A DNA stretch of 64,000 nucleotides from Dehalococcoidia bacterium (GCA_965197405.1 OZ240206.1:2251096-2315095), one strand, 5' to 3'. Counted from the first letter of the stretch, positions 46,337 through 57,727 are shown. Program-made: numbers and translations. The notes: generated by a model from the letters alone, not told the origin.

Positions 46337-46549
46337 TTACTCGCCATCTTCCAGGACCTGGTAGCAGTGCTTGCACACAAATACCAGCGCCAGGGCCTCC
46401 TCGTGGCTGGCGATGCGCCCGCACTGGGGCACCTGGGCGTCAACGCTCCAGGGTTGGTGAAACTTCCTGCCGCACATCTGGCAGGAGGCCTGATGGACCT
46501 CGTCCAGAGGCCCATCACATACTACGCACAGCTCCTCCGGCTCCGTCAA
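46337..46549 (-). CDS. small Cys-rich zinc-ribbon protein (70 aa)
   Basis: CVVC..x13..CQMC..x16..C..x16..CKHC. TTG start 8 nt after an AAAGGAGG that lies inside the end of cca. Confidence 0.5.
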   Translation of the reverse strand: MTEPEELCVVCDGPLDEVHQASCQMCGRKFHQPWSVDAQVPQCGRIASHEEALALVFVCKHCYQVLEDGE

Positions 46550-46553
46550 ATCG

Positions 46554-47954
46554 TCAGCCTCCTTTCACCGCAATGCGATCTTTAATACAATCCTTTGCCA
46601 GTTGTATCTCCTCTTCTCGGCTGGCGATCCTTCCCTCAATCCTGGCAGTCTTCAGCTCTCGGAGGACCTCTCCTACCAGGGGACCCTGGGCTGCTCCCAG
46701 GGAGATGAGGTCCCTCCCGCTCAGAAAAGGCTTTACATAACGCAGCCTGGTCAGGTATAGCTCCAGAGCCTCTCTGGCCGCTGGCGAGTCCGATAGCAGG
46801 GCATTGACCTGCACGCTCGTGAAGGAGAATTGGTCCAGGATGCCATACAGCCGGCCGGGTGAAAGGCCAGGCTCTCCTATGTGGGGGCGACTCGCCGGAT
46901 CTCCTCCGCACTTCAACCTCACGGCGATGGTATCCCGTACCACCTTCGCCCATCGAGAGGGCATCCGAAGGCGGTGAATGAAGCCCTCCCCCTGCTGGGC
47001 CGTGAGGGGATGGGACAGGGCTGCCAGGTATGCCAGGGGAGCGCTCCCTAAATCGTGGCCTGCCAGCCCTTTAACGCCCGCTCCGTCTCCCAAGGGGGGA
47101 TAGATGGCCCTGAGTATGCCCAGGTCTCCGCACCGGGACAAGGGAAGGTGTGGGTGCGCCTCTTCAAAAATAAGCTCCAGCTCTCGCCTTGTGCGGTCCC
47201 CGCTCACAGTATCCAGCATACCGCCTTCCACCGCCTCCAGCAGGAGCCCGTGAGTCTTCTCCTCCAGCCGGAAATCCAGCCGCTGCTCGTAGCGGACCGC
47301 CCGGAGGATGCGGGTGGCGTCATCCACGAAGCTCCTGTCGTGGAGGACGCGTACCAGTCCAAGCTTCAGGTCGCCGCCGCCTCCGCAGAAGTCGAGAAGG
47401 CGGCCCGGCTGACGTCCCGAAAGGGCTATGGCCATCGCATTGATAGAGAAGTCACGCCGCCCCAGGTCCTGCCGGATAGTGCTGGGGGTAACTCTGGGCA
47501 GAGCGCCGGGCTTCAGGTAGGTCTCCTGCCTCGCCGTAGCCAGGTCGAAGCGCTGCCCCTCCAGCTTGACAGTGGCAGTGCCAAACTGGGAGTAGGCCAG
47601 GACATCTCCGCTGAGGGCCTTGGACACCTCAAAGGCCAGCAGTGAAGCGTTGCCCTCGACCACCATGTCCAGGTCTTTCACCGGCGCTTCTCCGGACTCA
47701 CCAAGTCCGTACTTGGTCGAGCCGGAGGCCTCACCGTGCAGCAGCATATCCCGCACTGAGCCACCCACCAGGTACAGGGGCATATTGGTCTCAGAGGCCT
47801 TTCCGGCGATGGCCTTCAGAAGGGCGAAGGTATTGGGTGGCAGAGAACCCTCCAGGGTGGAAAGCAGGTTGGTTGTTTTCTGAGGCATGGGTTGGCGTAC
47901 CGTCCAGGACGTTATTATAGCACAAGGCGGAGGCCAAGTTACCCCGCTGGTCAA
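46554..47954 (-). CDS. cca: CCA-adding enzyme/poly(A) polymerase family nucleotidyltransferase
   Basis: LYLVGGSVRDMLL..DLDMVVEG and RRDFSINAMA motifs. The probable start is ATG 47888 (MPQKTTN). Confidence 0.8.
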   Translation of the reverse strand: MTSGVTWPPPCAIITSWTVRQPMPQKTTNLLSTLEGSLPPNTFALLKAIAGKASETNMPLYLVGGSVRDMLLHGEASGSTKYGLGESGEAPVKDLDMVVEGNASLLAFEVSKALSGDVLAYSQFGTATVKLEGQRFDLATARQETYLKPGALPRVTPSTIRQDLGRRDFSINAMAIALSGRQPGRLLDFCGGGGDLKLGLVRVLHDRSFVDDATRILRAVRYEQRLDFRLEEKTHGLLLEAVEGGMLDTVSGDRTRRELELIFEEAHPHLPLSRCGDLGILRAIYPPLGDGAGVKGLAGHDLGSAPLAYLAALSHPLTAQQGEGFIHRLRMPSRWAKVVRDTIAVRLKCGGDPASRPHIGEPGLSPGRLYGILDQFSFTSVQVNALLSDSPAAREALELYLTRLRYVKPFLSGRDLISLGAAQGPLVGEVLRELKTARIEGRIASREEEIQLAKDCIKDRIAVKGG

Positions 47955-47975
47955 GGGCGCAGCCGTTGGTGGAGA

Positions 47976-47993
47976 GCGTAAATTTTTTCACAA
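47976..47993 (+). promoter_or_regulatory. possible Rex operator half-conserved site
   Basis: GCGTAAATTTTTTCACAA against the recalled Rex box TTGTGAA-N4-TTCACAA. The right half is perfect and the left half matches 4/7. It ends 6 nt before the -35 of the rex promoter. Confidence 0.3.
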
Positions 47994-47998
47994 ATTTC

Positions 47999-48027
47999 TT
48001 GACTACGAAAATCCATCATACTACAAT
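47999..48027 (+). promoter_or_regulatory. near-consensus sigma70 promoter upstream of rex
   Basis: TTGACT (47999-48004), 17 nt spacer, TACAAT (48022-27), about 230 nt upstream of the rex ATG. Confidence 0.45.
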
Positions 48028-48067
48028 GTAGCCACCACAGCATGTTCTTTCACGAATCTTTTAGAAA

Positions 48068-48179
48068 GTGTCTCCTGACTGAGCGGAGCGAAGAAGCTCA
48101 GTTACATGGGAGATACCCTTCGTCGCGCTCAGGGCCTGCCCCTGGCTTGAACAGGGGGGTGACAATGAAAAAGCCCTGC
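48068..48179 (-). repeat. partial repeat modules in the rex 5' leader
   Basis: 48068-48105 is GTGTCTCCTGACTGAGCGGAGCGAAGAAGCTCAGTTAC. 48116-48179 is ..GCCTGCCCCTGGCTTGAACAGGGGGGTGACAATGAAAAAGCCCTGC, which matches 57665-57719. Confidence 0.75.
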
Positions 48180-48258
48180 TCCTGATAGCATAGGGAGCTA
48201 CTCATCTCTGTCGCGTCAGCCTCTTCAATCCCCTCGCCTCTCAAGGAGGGAATCCAAG

Positions 48259-48924
48259 ATGATAGCGAAGCCAGCGCCCCAGCAGACTGACCAGGGAGAA
48301 GTACCTCAAGTAGTCATAATGAGGGTGCCCCAGTACATCCGAATCCTTGGCGCGCTTCTGGCGGAACACGCAGAGATAGTAAGCTCCCAACAGTTGGGGG
48401 AGATGCTCCAGGTGACTCCGGCCCAGATACGGAAGGACCTGAGCTATTTTGGGAGGTTCGGCAAGCAGGGCCGGGGGTATAGCGTAAGGCATCTCCTGGC
48501 GGAGTTGAAGGAGATCATGGGCCTGGACCAGCACTGGAACGTGGGCCTGGTGGGGGTAGGCAGGCTGGGAAAGGCCATCCTGAGCTATCCCGGGTTTGCT
48601 CCGGAGGGATTTCAGATAGTGGCCGCCTTCGAGGCGAACCGCAGGATGGTAGGCCGGACCGTAGCCGATCTGAAAGTGCAGTCAATGGACGAGTTGGACG
48701 TGACCGTGACGGACCTGAACATAAGTATAGGCATCGTCGCCGTGCCCGGCCAGCATGCCCAGGGGGTCATAGACCGTTTAATGCAGTGCGGCGTGAAAGC
48801 TATCCTGAACTATGCCCCCATATCCCCCCAGTCCCAGCACGGGGTTACAATCAGGAACATTGACCCTGTCCTCTCCCTCCAGACCATGACCTTCTACCTG
48901 TTGAACGACGAGGGCCATTCCTAG
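48259..48924 (+). CDS. rex: redox-sensing transcriptional repressor Rex
   Basis: RVPQYIRIL..VSSQQLGEMLQVTPAQIRKDLSYFG winged helix plus the Rossmann motif VGLVGVGRLG. SD is AAGGAGG. Confidence 0.85.
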   Translation: MIAKPAPQQTDQGEVPQVVIMRVPQYIRILGALLAEHAEIVSSQQLGEMLQVTPAQIRKDLSYFGRFGKQGRGYSVRHLLAELKEIMGLDQHWNVGLVGVGRLGKAILSYPGFAPEGFQIVAAFEANRRMVGRTVADLKVQSMDELDVTVTDLNISIGIVAVPGQHAQGVIDRLMQCGVKAILNYAPISPQSQHGVTIRNIDPVLSLQTMTFYLLNDEGHS

Positions 48925-49137
48925 CCAGGGTCGTTTCATTGTCACCCTGAGCGGTAGCGAAGGGTCTAAAGTCCTTTCCCTGGGTGTCGGTTTGCTCGTG
49001 AGACATTTCAGGTTCTTCGTCGCTCCGATCCTCAGAATGCCGCATGGTGGAGGGTCTGTCTGCTGCCAGGCAGAAGCAGGTCTGTATTCACCCCTGCCTG
49101 GCGGCAGACAGGTAGTGTCAAGGATTAAACGATCCTG
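48925..49137 (+). mobile_element. MITE-like element, full copy (213 bp) starting at the nucleotide after the rex stop codon
   Basis: Left end is CCAGGGTCGTTTCATTGTCACCCTGAGCGGTAGCGAAGGGTCTAAAGTCC. It continues ..TTCAGGTTCTTCGTCGCTCCGATCCTCAGAATGCC.. and ends GTCAAGGATTAAACGATCCTG. Confidence 0.8.
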
Positions 49138-49143
49138 CCATTC

Positions 49144-49578
49144 CTAGCCGGAAGAAGGAGGTTGGACCTCGCGGCTCCGCCTCCGCCGCGCCACTCGCAG
49201 CCGCGTCTCCGCTCGTCTCAGGGCCGTTGCTGCCCGCTCCAGGTCCAGATCGGCGGTACGGCTGGCTAACCTCTCCTGGGCACGCTGCACCGCTACCCGC
49301 GCTCGCTCCTCGTCTATCTCATCGGAATGCTCGCAGGCATCGGAGAGGATAGTGACCCGGTTTCCCATCACTTCCAGGAAGCCGCCGGTCACCGCCAGGT
49401 AGCTCTCCTGGCCGTCCTTGCGAATCACTATCTCGCCCGGTTGAAGGGCGGTCATAAGGGGAGCGTGATGTGGCAGAATGCCCAACTCCCCGTCTATACC
49501 CGGTGCTACCAGGACTTCCACGTCGTCGGAGAATACCCGGCGCTCCGCCGTTATTATCTCAAGCCGCATAGTTACCAT
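49144..49578 (-). CDS. atpC: F1 ATP synthase epsilon subunit
   Basis: 144 aa. Position after atpD and the LEIITAERRVFSD..V.APG..GELGILPHHAPL motif. Confidence 0.9.
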   Translation of the reverse strand: MVTMRLEIITAERRVFSDDVEVLVAPGIDGELGILPHHAPLMTALQPGEIVIRKDGQESYLAVTGGFLEVMGNRVTILSDACEHSDEIDEERARVAVQRAQERLASRTADLDLERAATALRRAETRLRVARRRRSREVQPPSSG

Positions 49579-49637
49579 AGCCGTATTCCCTCACAGGTGA
49601 ATCGAGTAGCCGCATCCCTTCTTGCAGACCATCTAAT

Positions 49638-51924
<2,287 letters not shown>

Positions 51925-52003
51925 CGCTTCGCCTCATCCCTTCATGCGTAGGTCCAGTTCAGATTACGACCGATCAGGAGCTCGTCCATATTCGCGTGAT
52001 GCT

Positions 52004-53530
52004 TTAAGTTCCCGCCTCGTCGTAGGTGAAGGTCGCCTTGAACTCCTGGATGGCTGCCTTCAGGGACTCCTCCGTGTCCTCTTTCAGGTCCCTGGTCTCG
52101 ATGATTGCGCGGCCAATGTCGGGATAGGCCGTTTCCATATAGCGCAGCAGGCCCTCCTCGAACTCCTGGGACCGGCTGATGGGCACGTCGTCCAGGTCCC
52201 CGTTATTTACGGCGTAGAGGATCAATACTTCCTTGTCGAGGCTCATGGGCTGGTACTGGAGCTGCTTCAGTATCTCCGTGCTGCGCTGGCCTCGCTCAAG
52301 CTGGGCCCTGGTAGCCCGGTCCAGGTCCGCGGTGCCAAACTGGGCGAAGGTAGCTAGCTCGCGGTACTGGGCCAAGTCCAGCCGCAATCTTCCCGCCACG
52401 CGCCTGACGGCCCGGGTCTGGGCTGCTCCGCCCACCCTGGACACCGAGAGGCCCACGTTCACGGCCGGCCGGATGCCGGAGTTGAATAGCTCAGGCTCAA
52501 GGTATATCTGACCATCGGTGATGGAGATGACGTTTGTGGGGATGTAGGCGGACACGTCCCCGGCCTGGGTCTCAATGATGGGAAGGGCGGTAATGGAGCC
52601 GCCGCCGAAGTCGGGGTCCAGCTTGGCCGCTCGCTCCAGGAGCCTGCTGTGGAGGTAGAAAACGTCGCCGGGGTATGCCTCGCGTCCGGCGGGGCGCCGT
52701 AGAAGGAGGGATAGCTGGCGGTAGGCCCAGGCGTGCTTTGTGAGGTCGTCATAGATAATCAGGGCGTCTTTGCCCTGCCCCATGAACTCCTCGGCTATGG
52801 CGCACCCGGCGTAGGGAGCGATGTATTGCAGGGGTGCCGGGTCCGAGGCGTTGGCGGCCACGACCAAGGTGTGGTCCATAGCGCCGTTTTCCTGCAAGCT
52901 GGCCAATACCTGGGCCACTTTGCCCTGCTTCTGGCCTATGGCCACGTAGATGCACACGAGGTCCTGGCCCTTCTGGTTGATAATCGTGTCTATCGCGATG
53001 GCTGTCTTGCCCGTGGACCGGTCGCCGATGATAAGCTCTCGCTGGCCTCTGCCGATGGGTATCATGGAGTCTATGGCTTTGATGCCCGTCTGCACTGGCG
53101 TGTCTATAGACTGGCGGGTCACCACGTTGGGGGCTATACGCTCTACGGGGCGAGTCCTGGCTGAGTTGATGGGGCCTCTGCCGTCAATAGGTCGCCCCAA
53201 GGGGTCTACCACCCGGCCAATAAGCCCGTCACCAACGGGGACCTCGATGATGCGCCCTGTGGAGCGCACGGAGTCGCCCTCTCTGACGGCGTTGGCGTCG
53301 CCCATGATGGCGGCGCCGACCGTGTCCTCTTCCAGGTTGAGCGCCAGCCCCATGACGGCGTTGGGGAACTCCAGAATCTCATTGTATTGGGCTCCTTGAA
53401 GGCCCTGGATGCGGGCTATGCCGTCGCCGACCTCCACCACTGTCCCCACGTCCACAAGGCTCAGCTCGGCCCCGAACTCCTCTATCTGGCGCCTTATAAC
53501 CGAGACTATATCCTGGCCTCGGGTGGCCAT
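52004..53530 (-). CDS. atpA: F1 ATP synthase alpha subunit
   Basis: Walker A GDRSTGKT. 508 aa. Confidence 0.95.
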   Translation of the reverse strand: MATRGQDIVSVIRRQIEEFGAELSLVDVGTVVEVGDGIARIQGLQGAQYNEILEFPNAVMGLALNLEEDTVGAAIMGDANAVREGDSVRSTGRIIEVPVGDGLIGRVVDPLGRPIDGRGPINSARTRPVERIAPNVVTRQSIDTPVQTGIKAIDSMIPIGRGQRELIIGDRSTGKTAIAIDTIINQKGQDLVCIYVAIGQKQGKVAQVLASLQENGAMDHTLVVAANASDPAPLQYIAPYAGCAIAEEFMGQGKDALIIYDDLTKHAWAYRQLSLLLRRPAGREAYPGDVFYLHSRLLERAAKLDPDFGGGSITALPIIETQAGDVSAYIPTNVISITDGQIYLEPELFNSGIRPAVNVGLSVSRVGGAAQTRAVRRVAGRLRLDLAQYRELATFAQFGTADLDRATRAQLERGQRSTEILKQLQYQPMSLDKEVLILYAVNNGDLDDVPISRSQEFEEGLLRYMETAYPDIGRAIIETRDLKEDTEESLKAAIQEFKATFTYDEAGT

Positions 53531-53565
53531 ATCCCCTACCTCCTAAAGGTCTATTACCGCTATGT

Positions 53566-54117
53566 CTAAACCTCCGCTCCGACGCGGCCCCTTTGCAGTT
53601 CCTTGCCAAGCTCTTCCAGCTTTGTGCGGGTGCTTCCGTCAATCAGCCGGTCGCCGACTTTGATGACGAGGCCGCCCAAAATGGAGGGGTCTACCTGGCT
53701 GTCGAGCACGATCTCTTTATTCATCAAGGCGGTCAGGAACCCGGCAATCCGATTCCTCTCCGAGGTTTCCAGGGCCACCGCGGAGAGGACTTCGACCTGC
53801 TCCCGGCCCCTGAACTCGTTCAGCAGCTGCGAGTACTCATTTTCGACTTCAAGGGCCAGGTCAACGAGACCTCGCGATACCAGGAGGGAGAGCAGGTTTT
53901 GCACCAGCGGGTCTGCCTCCGGGAAGACTTCCGCTATTGTCTGTACCTTTTGAGGGAGAGGAATCTTGGCGTGCTCCAAGAATGTCTTGAGCTCGGGGTT
54001 CTGCAACCCCTCGTTGATGAGCCGCAGGTCCCCGGCCCACCGGTCAAGCCGATCTTGCTGGACTGCTAGCTCGAAGGTCGCTTGAGCGTATCTTTTGGCT
54101 GAGGCTCTTCCAGGCAT
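53566..54117 (-). CDS. atpH: F1 ATP synthase delta subunit
   Basis: 183 aa OSCP-like protein (AKRYAQATFELA..). Operon position. Confidence 0.85.
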   Translation of the reverse strand: MPGRASAKRYAQATFELAVQQDRLDRWAGDLRLINEGLQNPELKTFLEHAKIPLPQKVQTIAEVFPEADPLVQNLLSLLVSRGLVDLALEVENEYSQLLNEFRGREQVEVLSAVALETSERNRIAGFLTALMNKEIVLDSQVDPSILGGLVIKVGDRLIDGSTRTKLEELGKELQRGRVGAEV

Positions 54118-54137
54118 GGTCTACTTACCCTCTTAAC

Positions 54138-54638
54138 TTACCTTCTGCTGAGGGTATCGCCCTCCTCCAGGACTTGGGCAATGAGCTCGCTATGGGTGTC
54201 GCGGTCCAGGGAGCGTTCGATCACCCTTTCTGCGGCAGCGATAGCCAGCCCGGCGAAGTGGCCCCGCACCTCCTGGATGGCGGCGTCCCTCTCCCTCTGA
54301 ATATCTTCCCTGGCCCTGGCGATGAAGGTCTCTGCCTCTTGTCTGGCCCTATCCCTCTCATCGCTGCGGTAGCGCTCCGCCATCTCCCTGGCCTGCTCGA
54401 TGAGTCGCTGACCCTCCGCCCTGGCTTCGTTGAGCTGGCGCTGGGTATCCTGCTGGGAGCGTCCCGCGTCTTCCCTGGCCCTGTCCGCCGCTTCGAGGCT
54501 CTCCCGTATCCTGTCGGAGCGCTGGTCCATGACGCGGAGGATGGGCTTGTAAGCGAAGATGTAGAGTATGCCCAGCAGTATGAGGAAGTTCACCAAGAAA
54601 ATTATCAAGCTGGGGATGTTGAGTCCCAGGTCTTGCAC
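54138..54638 (-). CDS. atpF: Fo ATP synthase b subunit
   Basis: A single N-terminal TM helix followed by a long charged coiled coil. Operon position. Confidence 0.85.
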   Translation of the reverse strand: MQDLGLNIPSLIIFLVNFLILLGILYIFAYKPILRVMDQRSDRIRESLEAADRAREDAGRSQQDTQRQLNEARAEGQRLIEQAREMAERYRSDERDRARQEAETFIARAREDIQRERDAAIQEVRGHFAGLAIAAAERVIERSLDRDTHSELIAQVLEEGDTLSRR

Positions 54639-54686
54639 GGTTCACCCCTCGAAATCTTAGACTCTTGATTTTTGCCGCCGGCCCGC

Positions 54687-54983
<297 letters not shown>

Positions 54984-55009
54984 TTAGTATAGATAATATA
55001 GCTTACCCT

Positions 55010-55105
55010 TTAGTCGTGGCGTATCAGACCGGCGCTGGCTACCCCAAGGGCCGCAGCGCTTAGGGCGATGGACACCACCAGTAACCCGATTATTACGATC
55101 TCCAT
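55010..55105 (-). CDS. possible 31-aa hydrophobic micro-protein between atpB and atpE
   Basis: ATG 55105 lies behind AAGGAGAGG. Product is MEIVIIGLLVVSIALSAAALGVASAGLIRHD, a single TM helix. No homology claim is possible. Confidence 0.25.
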   Translation of the reverse strand: MEIVIIGLLVVSIALSAAALGVASAGLIRHD

Positions 55106-55148
55106 GTTTCCCCTCTCCTTTGCTCGCTCATAGCTTCGTTTACGTACT

Positions 55149-56156
55149 TCAGTGTTCCTCTTCAGCCGGGGTGATGGCCACAGTAACGAAGACGAGGGTG
55201 AGGCCGGCGAAGATGAGGGCCTGGACGCCTCCCACGAGAATCTCCAGCCCATACACGGCTACCGCCGCGACGAAGGGCACCAGGAAGGCTGTGGTTAGCA
55301 CCAGCACTTCACCGGCAGTCATGTTGCCGAAAAGCCTGAAGGTGAAGCTGACAATGCGGACCACCTCACTGGTGCCTTCCAGGAAGCCCACAAAGAGGCC
55401 GACAAGGCCCTGGAATACCTGGCCCCTCCTGACGTTCCGCACGAACTCGCCGATGGGTATGAATTTGCCCAGGTATCCGAACCCCCTCATCCGTAGTCCC
55501 CAGAACTCCACGAATACGAATGCCACAAGGGCCAGGGCCAGGGGCATGTTGAGGTCCGTACCGGCAGAACGCAGGAAGTGGGCTATTATAACCCCGTCGT
55601 CGTTCTTGAACCCCAGGGAGGGGTATATAGGTATGAGGGCCATCCAGGCGTTGAAGGCTACGAAGAGGAAGATGGTCGCTATCAGAGGGAAGACCTTGCG
55701 CCCAATTTCTCTCCCTATCACGCCGTCCACGAAGCCGACAAGGGCTTCAACGATTATCTCGACCAGGTTCTGGAGCCTGCCGGGCACCATCTTGGCCTTT
55801 CTGACGCCGAGGACGAAAATGAGGATGATCACTATAGTGGTGAGCCATGCGGAGAGCATCGTGTTGGTGATGGCGAACTCGAGTATACCCAGGGGCTCGA
55901 AATGGTCCTCTCCCTCTGCCGCGTCATGGTCGGCATCATGGGGGACCTCGGGAAACAGGTGCTCGGTCCTCGTGCTGGCGGGAAACACGGGCTGTGGCGG
56001 GAGGTGGACCTGGGGCTGGGGAAGGAGGGACTCTTCATCCTCTCCCTGGATGATGGCGGTGCCAATGGCGCCAGTGATGAGGCCAGCGATGAAGAGGGCT
56101 GCAAGGGCTAAGGCTCCCAGCAGCAGGAGCCGTCTGGCTCCAGTTCCCTGTGGCAC
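55149..56156 (-). CDS. atpB: Fo ATP synthase a subunit with a ~100-aa N-terminal extension
   Basis: Essential Arg motif FRLFGNMTAGE. The N-terminal extra TM helix plus a His/Asp/Glu-rich linker makes 335 aa. Confidence 0.9.
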   Translation of the reverse strand: MPQGTGARRLLLLGALALAALFIAGLITGAIGTAIIQGEDEESLLPQPQVHLPPQPVFPASTRTEHLFPEVPHDADHDAAEGEDHFEPLGILEFAITNTMLSAWLTTIVIILIFVLGVRKAKMVPGRLQNLVEIIVEALVGFVDGVIGREIGRKVFPLIATIFLFVAFNAWMALIPIYPSLGFKNDDGVIIAHFLRSAGTDLNMPLALALVAFVFVEFWGLRMRGFGYLGKFIPIGEFVRNVRRGQVFQGLVGLFVGFLEGTSEVVRIVSFTFRLFGNMTAGEVLVLTTAFLVPFVAAVAVYGLEILVGGVQALIFAGLTLVFVTVAITPAEEEH

Positions 56157-56410
56157 TAGCTGTTCCTCCCCTTCCGTGTTTTCCTGTGTTTCCCCAAGCT
56201 ATCGTTGTTGCCGCCGAACAGTGGGACGACCATCCGGTATGTCCCGCAGAACGCTGACGTACAGCCGACGAACAGGCCCACCAGGAGGAAGACGATGCGC
56301 GTCTCGAAGACTCTATCCAGCCAGACCCCCAGCGCGATGCCGCCCACGACGCAGGTCGCTATGTAGAAGCCCAGGCCCGACAGCCGTAGAGCCAGCACCC
56401 ACCAGGCCAT
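56156..56410 (-). CDS. AtpZ/AtpI-like small membrane protein
   Basis: 84 aa, two TM helices (LSGLGFYIATCVVGGIALGVWLD). Its stop overlaps the atpB start. Confidence 0.6.
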   Translation of the reverse strand: MAWWVLALRLSGLGFYIATCVVGGIALGVWLDRVFETRIVFLLVGLFVGCTSAFCGTYRMVVPLFGGNNDSLGKHRKTRKGRNS

Positions 56411-56496
56411 TCCCTACCTCAAGGTTACTGAATCCTATCATCAATCCCGTCAGAAAGTCAACTTTCATTCGTTGGCGGAAATCCGCATTCGTGGCA

Positions 56497-56523
56497 AGCC
56501 CCGGCCAAGGCGGAGCCGGGGCT
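56497..56523 (-). terminator. stem-loop after the BFN gene (9-bp GC stem, no U-tract)
   Basis: AGCCCCGGC (56497-505) pairs with GCCGGGGCT (56515-523). A possible attenuator or processing site upstream of the atp genes. Confidence 0.3.
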
Positions 56524-56564
56524 TCTCTGGTATCGTGTGCCGGGAGATGCCAGGAGATACAGGG

Positions 56565-57125
56565 CTAGGTCTGCTGTTGCCTGCCGAAGTCTTCCAGGTC
56601 CAACTCGTTGATGAAGTCGGTGAAAGCGGACATCCGCCGTAGCTCCTCTTCTTTGACCTCGGGGGACTTCTCCTCGTCTCCCGGGCCAGAGACGTCCTCC
56701 GGTAGAAGGGGCTTCCCGGTTTCCTTGTCCAGCAGTATGCCGGCCTTGCCAAGGACCTGCTCCTCGGCGTAGATGGGCACTTTGGCCCGCACCGCCAGAG
56801 CTATGGCGTCGCTGGGCCGGGAGTCTATCTCCAGGTTTTTCCCGTTGACGTTCATGAATATCTTGGCGTAGAAGGTGTCGCTTTCCAGGTCGTTTACCAG
56901 TATGTGGCTGATGGATGCGCCCAGGGTGTCAATGACGGAGCGCAGCAAGTCATGGGTGAGGGGCCGGGGCACGGAGATGTCCTGGAGCTTGACAGCGATA
57001 GCGTCGGCCTCTGCCGGGCCTATCCAGATAGGCAGATAGCGGTCCGATTCCTTTTCCTTCAGGATGACCACCCGCTGATAGTTCATCAGACTCACCCGTA
57101 TGCTATCTATCACCATCTCCGGCAT
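56565..57125 (-). CDS. bifunctional nuclease (BFN/DUF151) family protein
   Basis: VILKEKESDRYLPIWIGPAEADAIA..RPLTHDLL motif. 186 aa. Confidence 0.8.
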   Translation of the reverse strand: MPEMVIDSIRVSLMNYQRVVILKEKESDRYLPIWIGPAEADAIAVKLQDISVPRPLTHDLLRSVIDTLGASISHILVNDLESDTFYAKIFMNVNGKNLEIDSRPSDAIALAVRAKVPIYAEEQVLGKAGILLDKETGKPLLPEDVSGPGDEEKSPEVKEEELRRMSAFTDFINELDLEDFGRQQQT

Positions 57126-57160
57126 GTCCCTGGCCTCCCTCCGTGGTATCTGACCAGCCT

Positions 57161-57190
57161 ATTGTAGACCTCGCTAAAGAAGCATGTCAA
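57161..57190 (-). promoter_or_regulatory. consensus sigma70 promoter upstream of the BFN gene and atp operon
   Basis: Minus strand: TTGACA (57190-85), 18 nt spacer, TACAAT (57166-61), about 36 nt upstream of the ATG at 57125. Confidence 0.5.
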
Positions 57191-57246
57191 CAACATTCTG
57201 CCCGGCCTTCTGCCCGTCCGTATCTATACTACGCTCCCGGACCTCA

Positions 57247-57718
57247 CAGTCTTTTCATTCTCGACGTTACTCGCTGTCAGGCCCCCGCCGCGTGTCATTT
57301 CGAACGGAGTCCTTCGACAAGCTCAGGATAAACTCCGCGACGAGGAATCTAGGGCGTGTTCACGCAAAGGAGCGCAAGGCGTCCCGGAATGCCCGCGTCA
57401 TATCATTCCGAACGCAGTGAGGAATCTAAAGAGCCTCTTCACGGTCACGGCGCCATTCCGGCGACGGACACGCATAGCATTGCCAAACCGGCTTTATGGG
57501 CATGGACTTTAGATTCCTCAGTCGCTTCGCTCTTTCGGAATGACAGTGTGGGGGGCGACGAGAAAGTGTGAACACTACCTAGAATGGCGCTTAACAAAAA
57601 CCTGAATCAAAGCAGCGCCAGCCAGAACAAGACCGCGATCAGCCAGGACTTTTAGACCTCTTGCTTCGCTCGGAGCCTGCCCCTGGCTTGAACAGGAGGT
57701 GACAATCAAAAGACCCTG
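57247..57718 (-). mobile_element. composite (nested) MITE-like element, ~470 bp
   Basis: The ends CAGTCTTTTCATTCTCGAC.. and ..GTGACAATCAAAAGACCCTG are inverted repeats of the family termini. The interior carries the 257-bp unit 57292-57549 (copy of 14306-14562) plus further modules. Confidence 0.75.
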
Positions 57719-57727
57719 CTCCGGACA

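Noticed and set aside
44436-46549. Integrated genomic island at tRNA-Met
   Set aside because: There is no integrase, and I could find no direct repeat of the tRNA 3' end downstream. The small-protein cassette appears to be transcribed from the opposite strand as a continuation of cca. The region is accessory-looking, but island status is unsupported.
55120-56568. Long antisense or alternate-frame ORFs (for example 55120-56568, 24549-25721, 16025-17005, 17954-18943, 30709-31707, 33262-34056, 60793-61602)
   Set aside because: Each overlaps a gene with strong family motifs in another frame. Their translations are Arg/Pro/Gly/Ala-rich low-complexity, as expected for non-coding frames in ~60% GC DNA.
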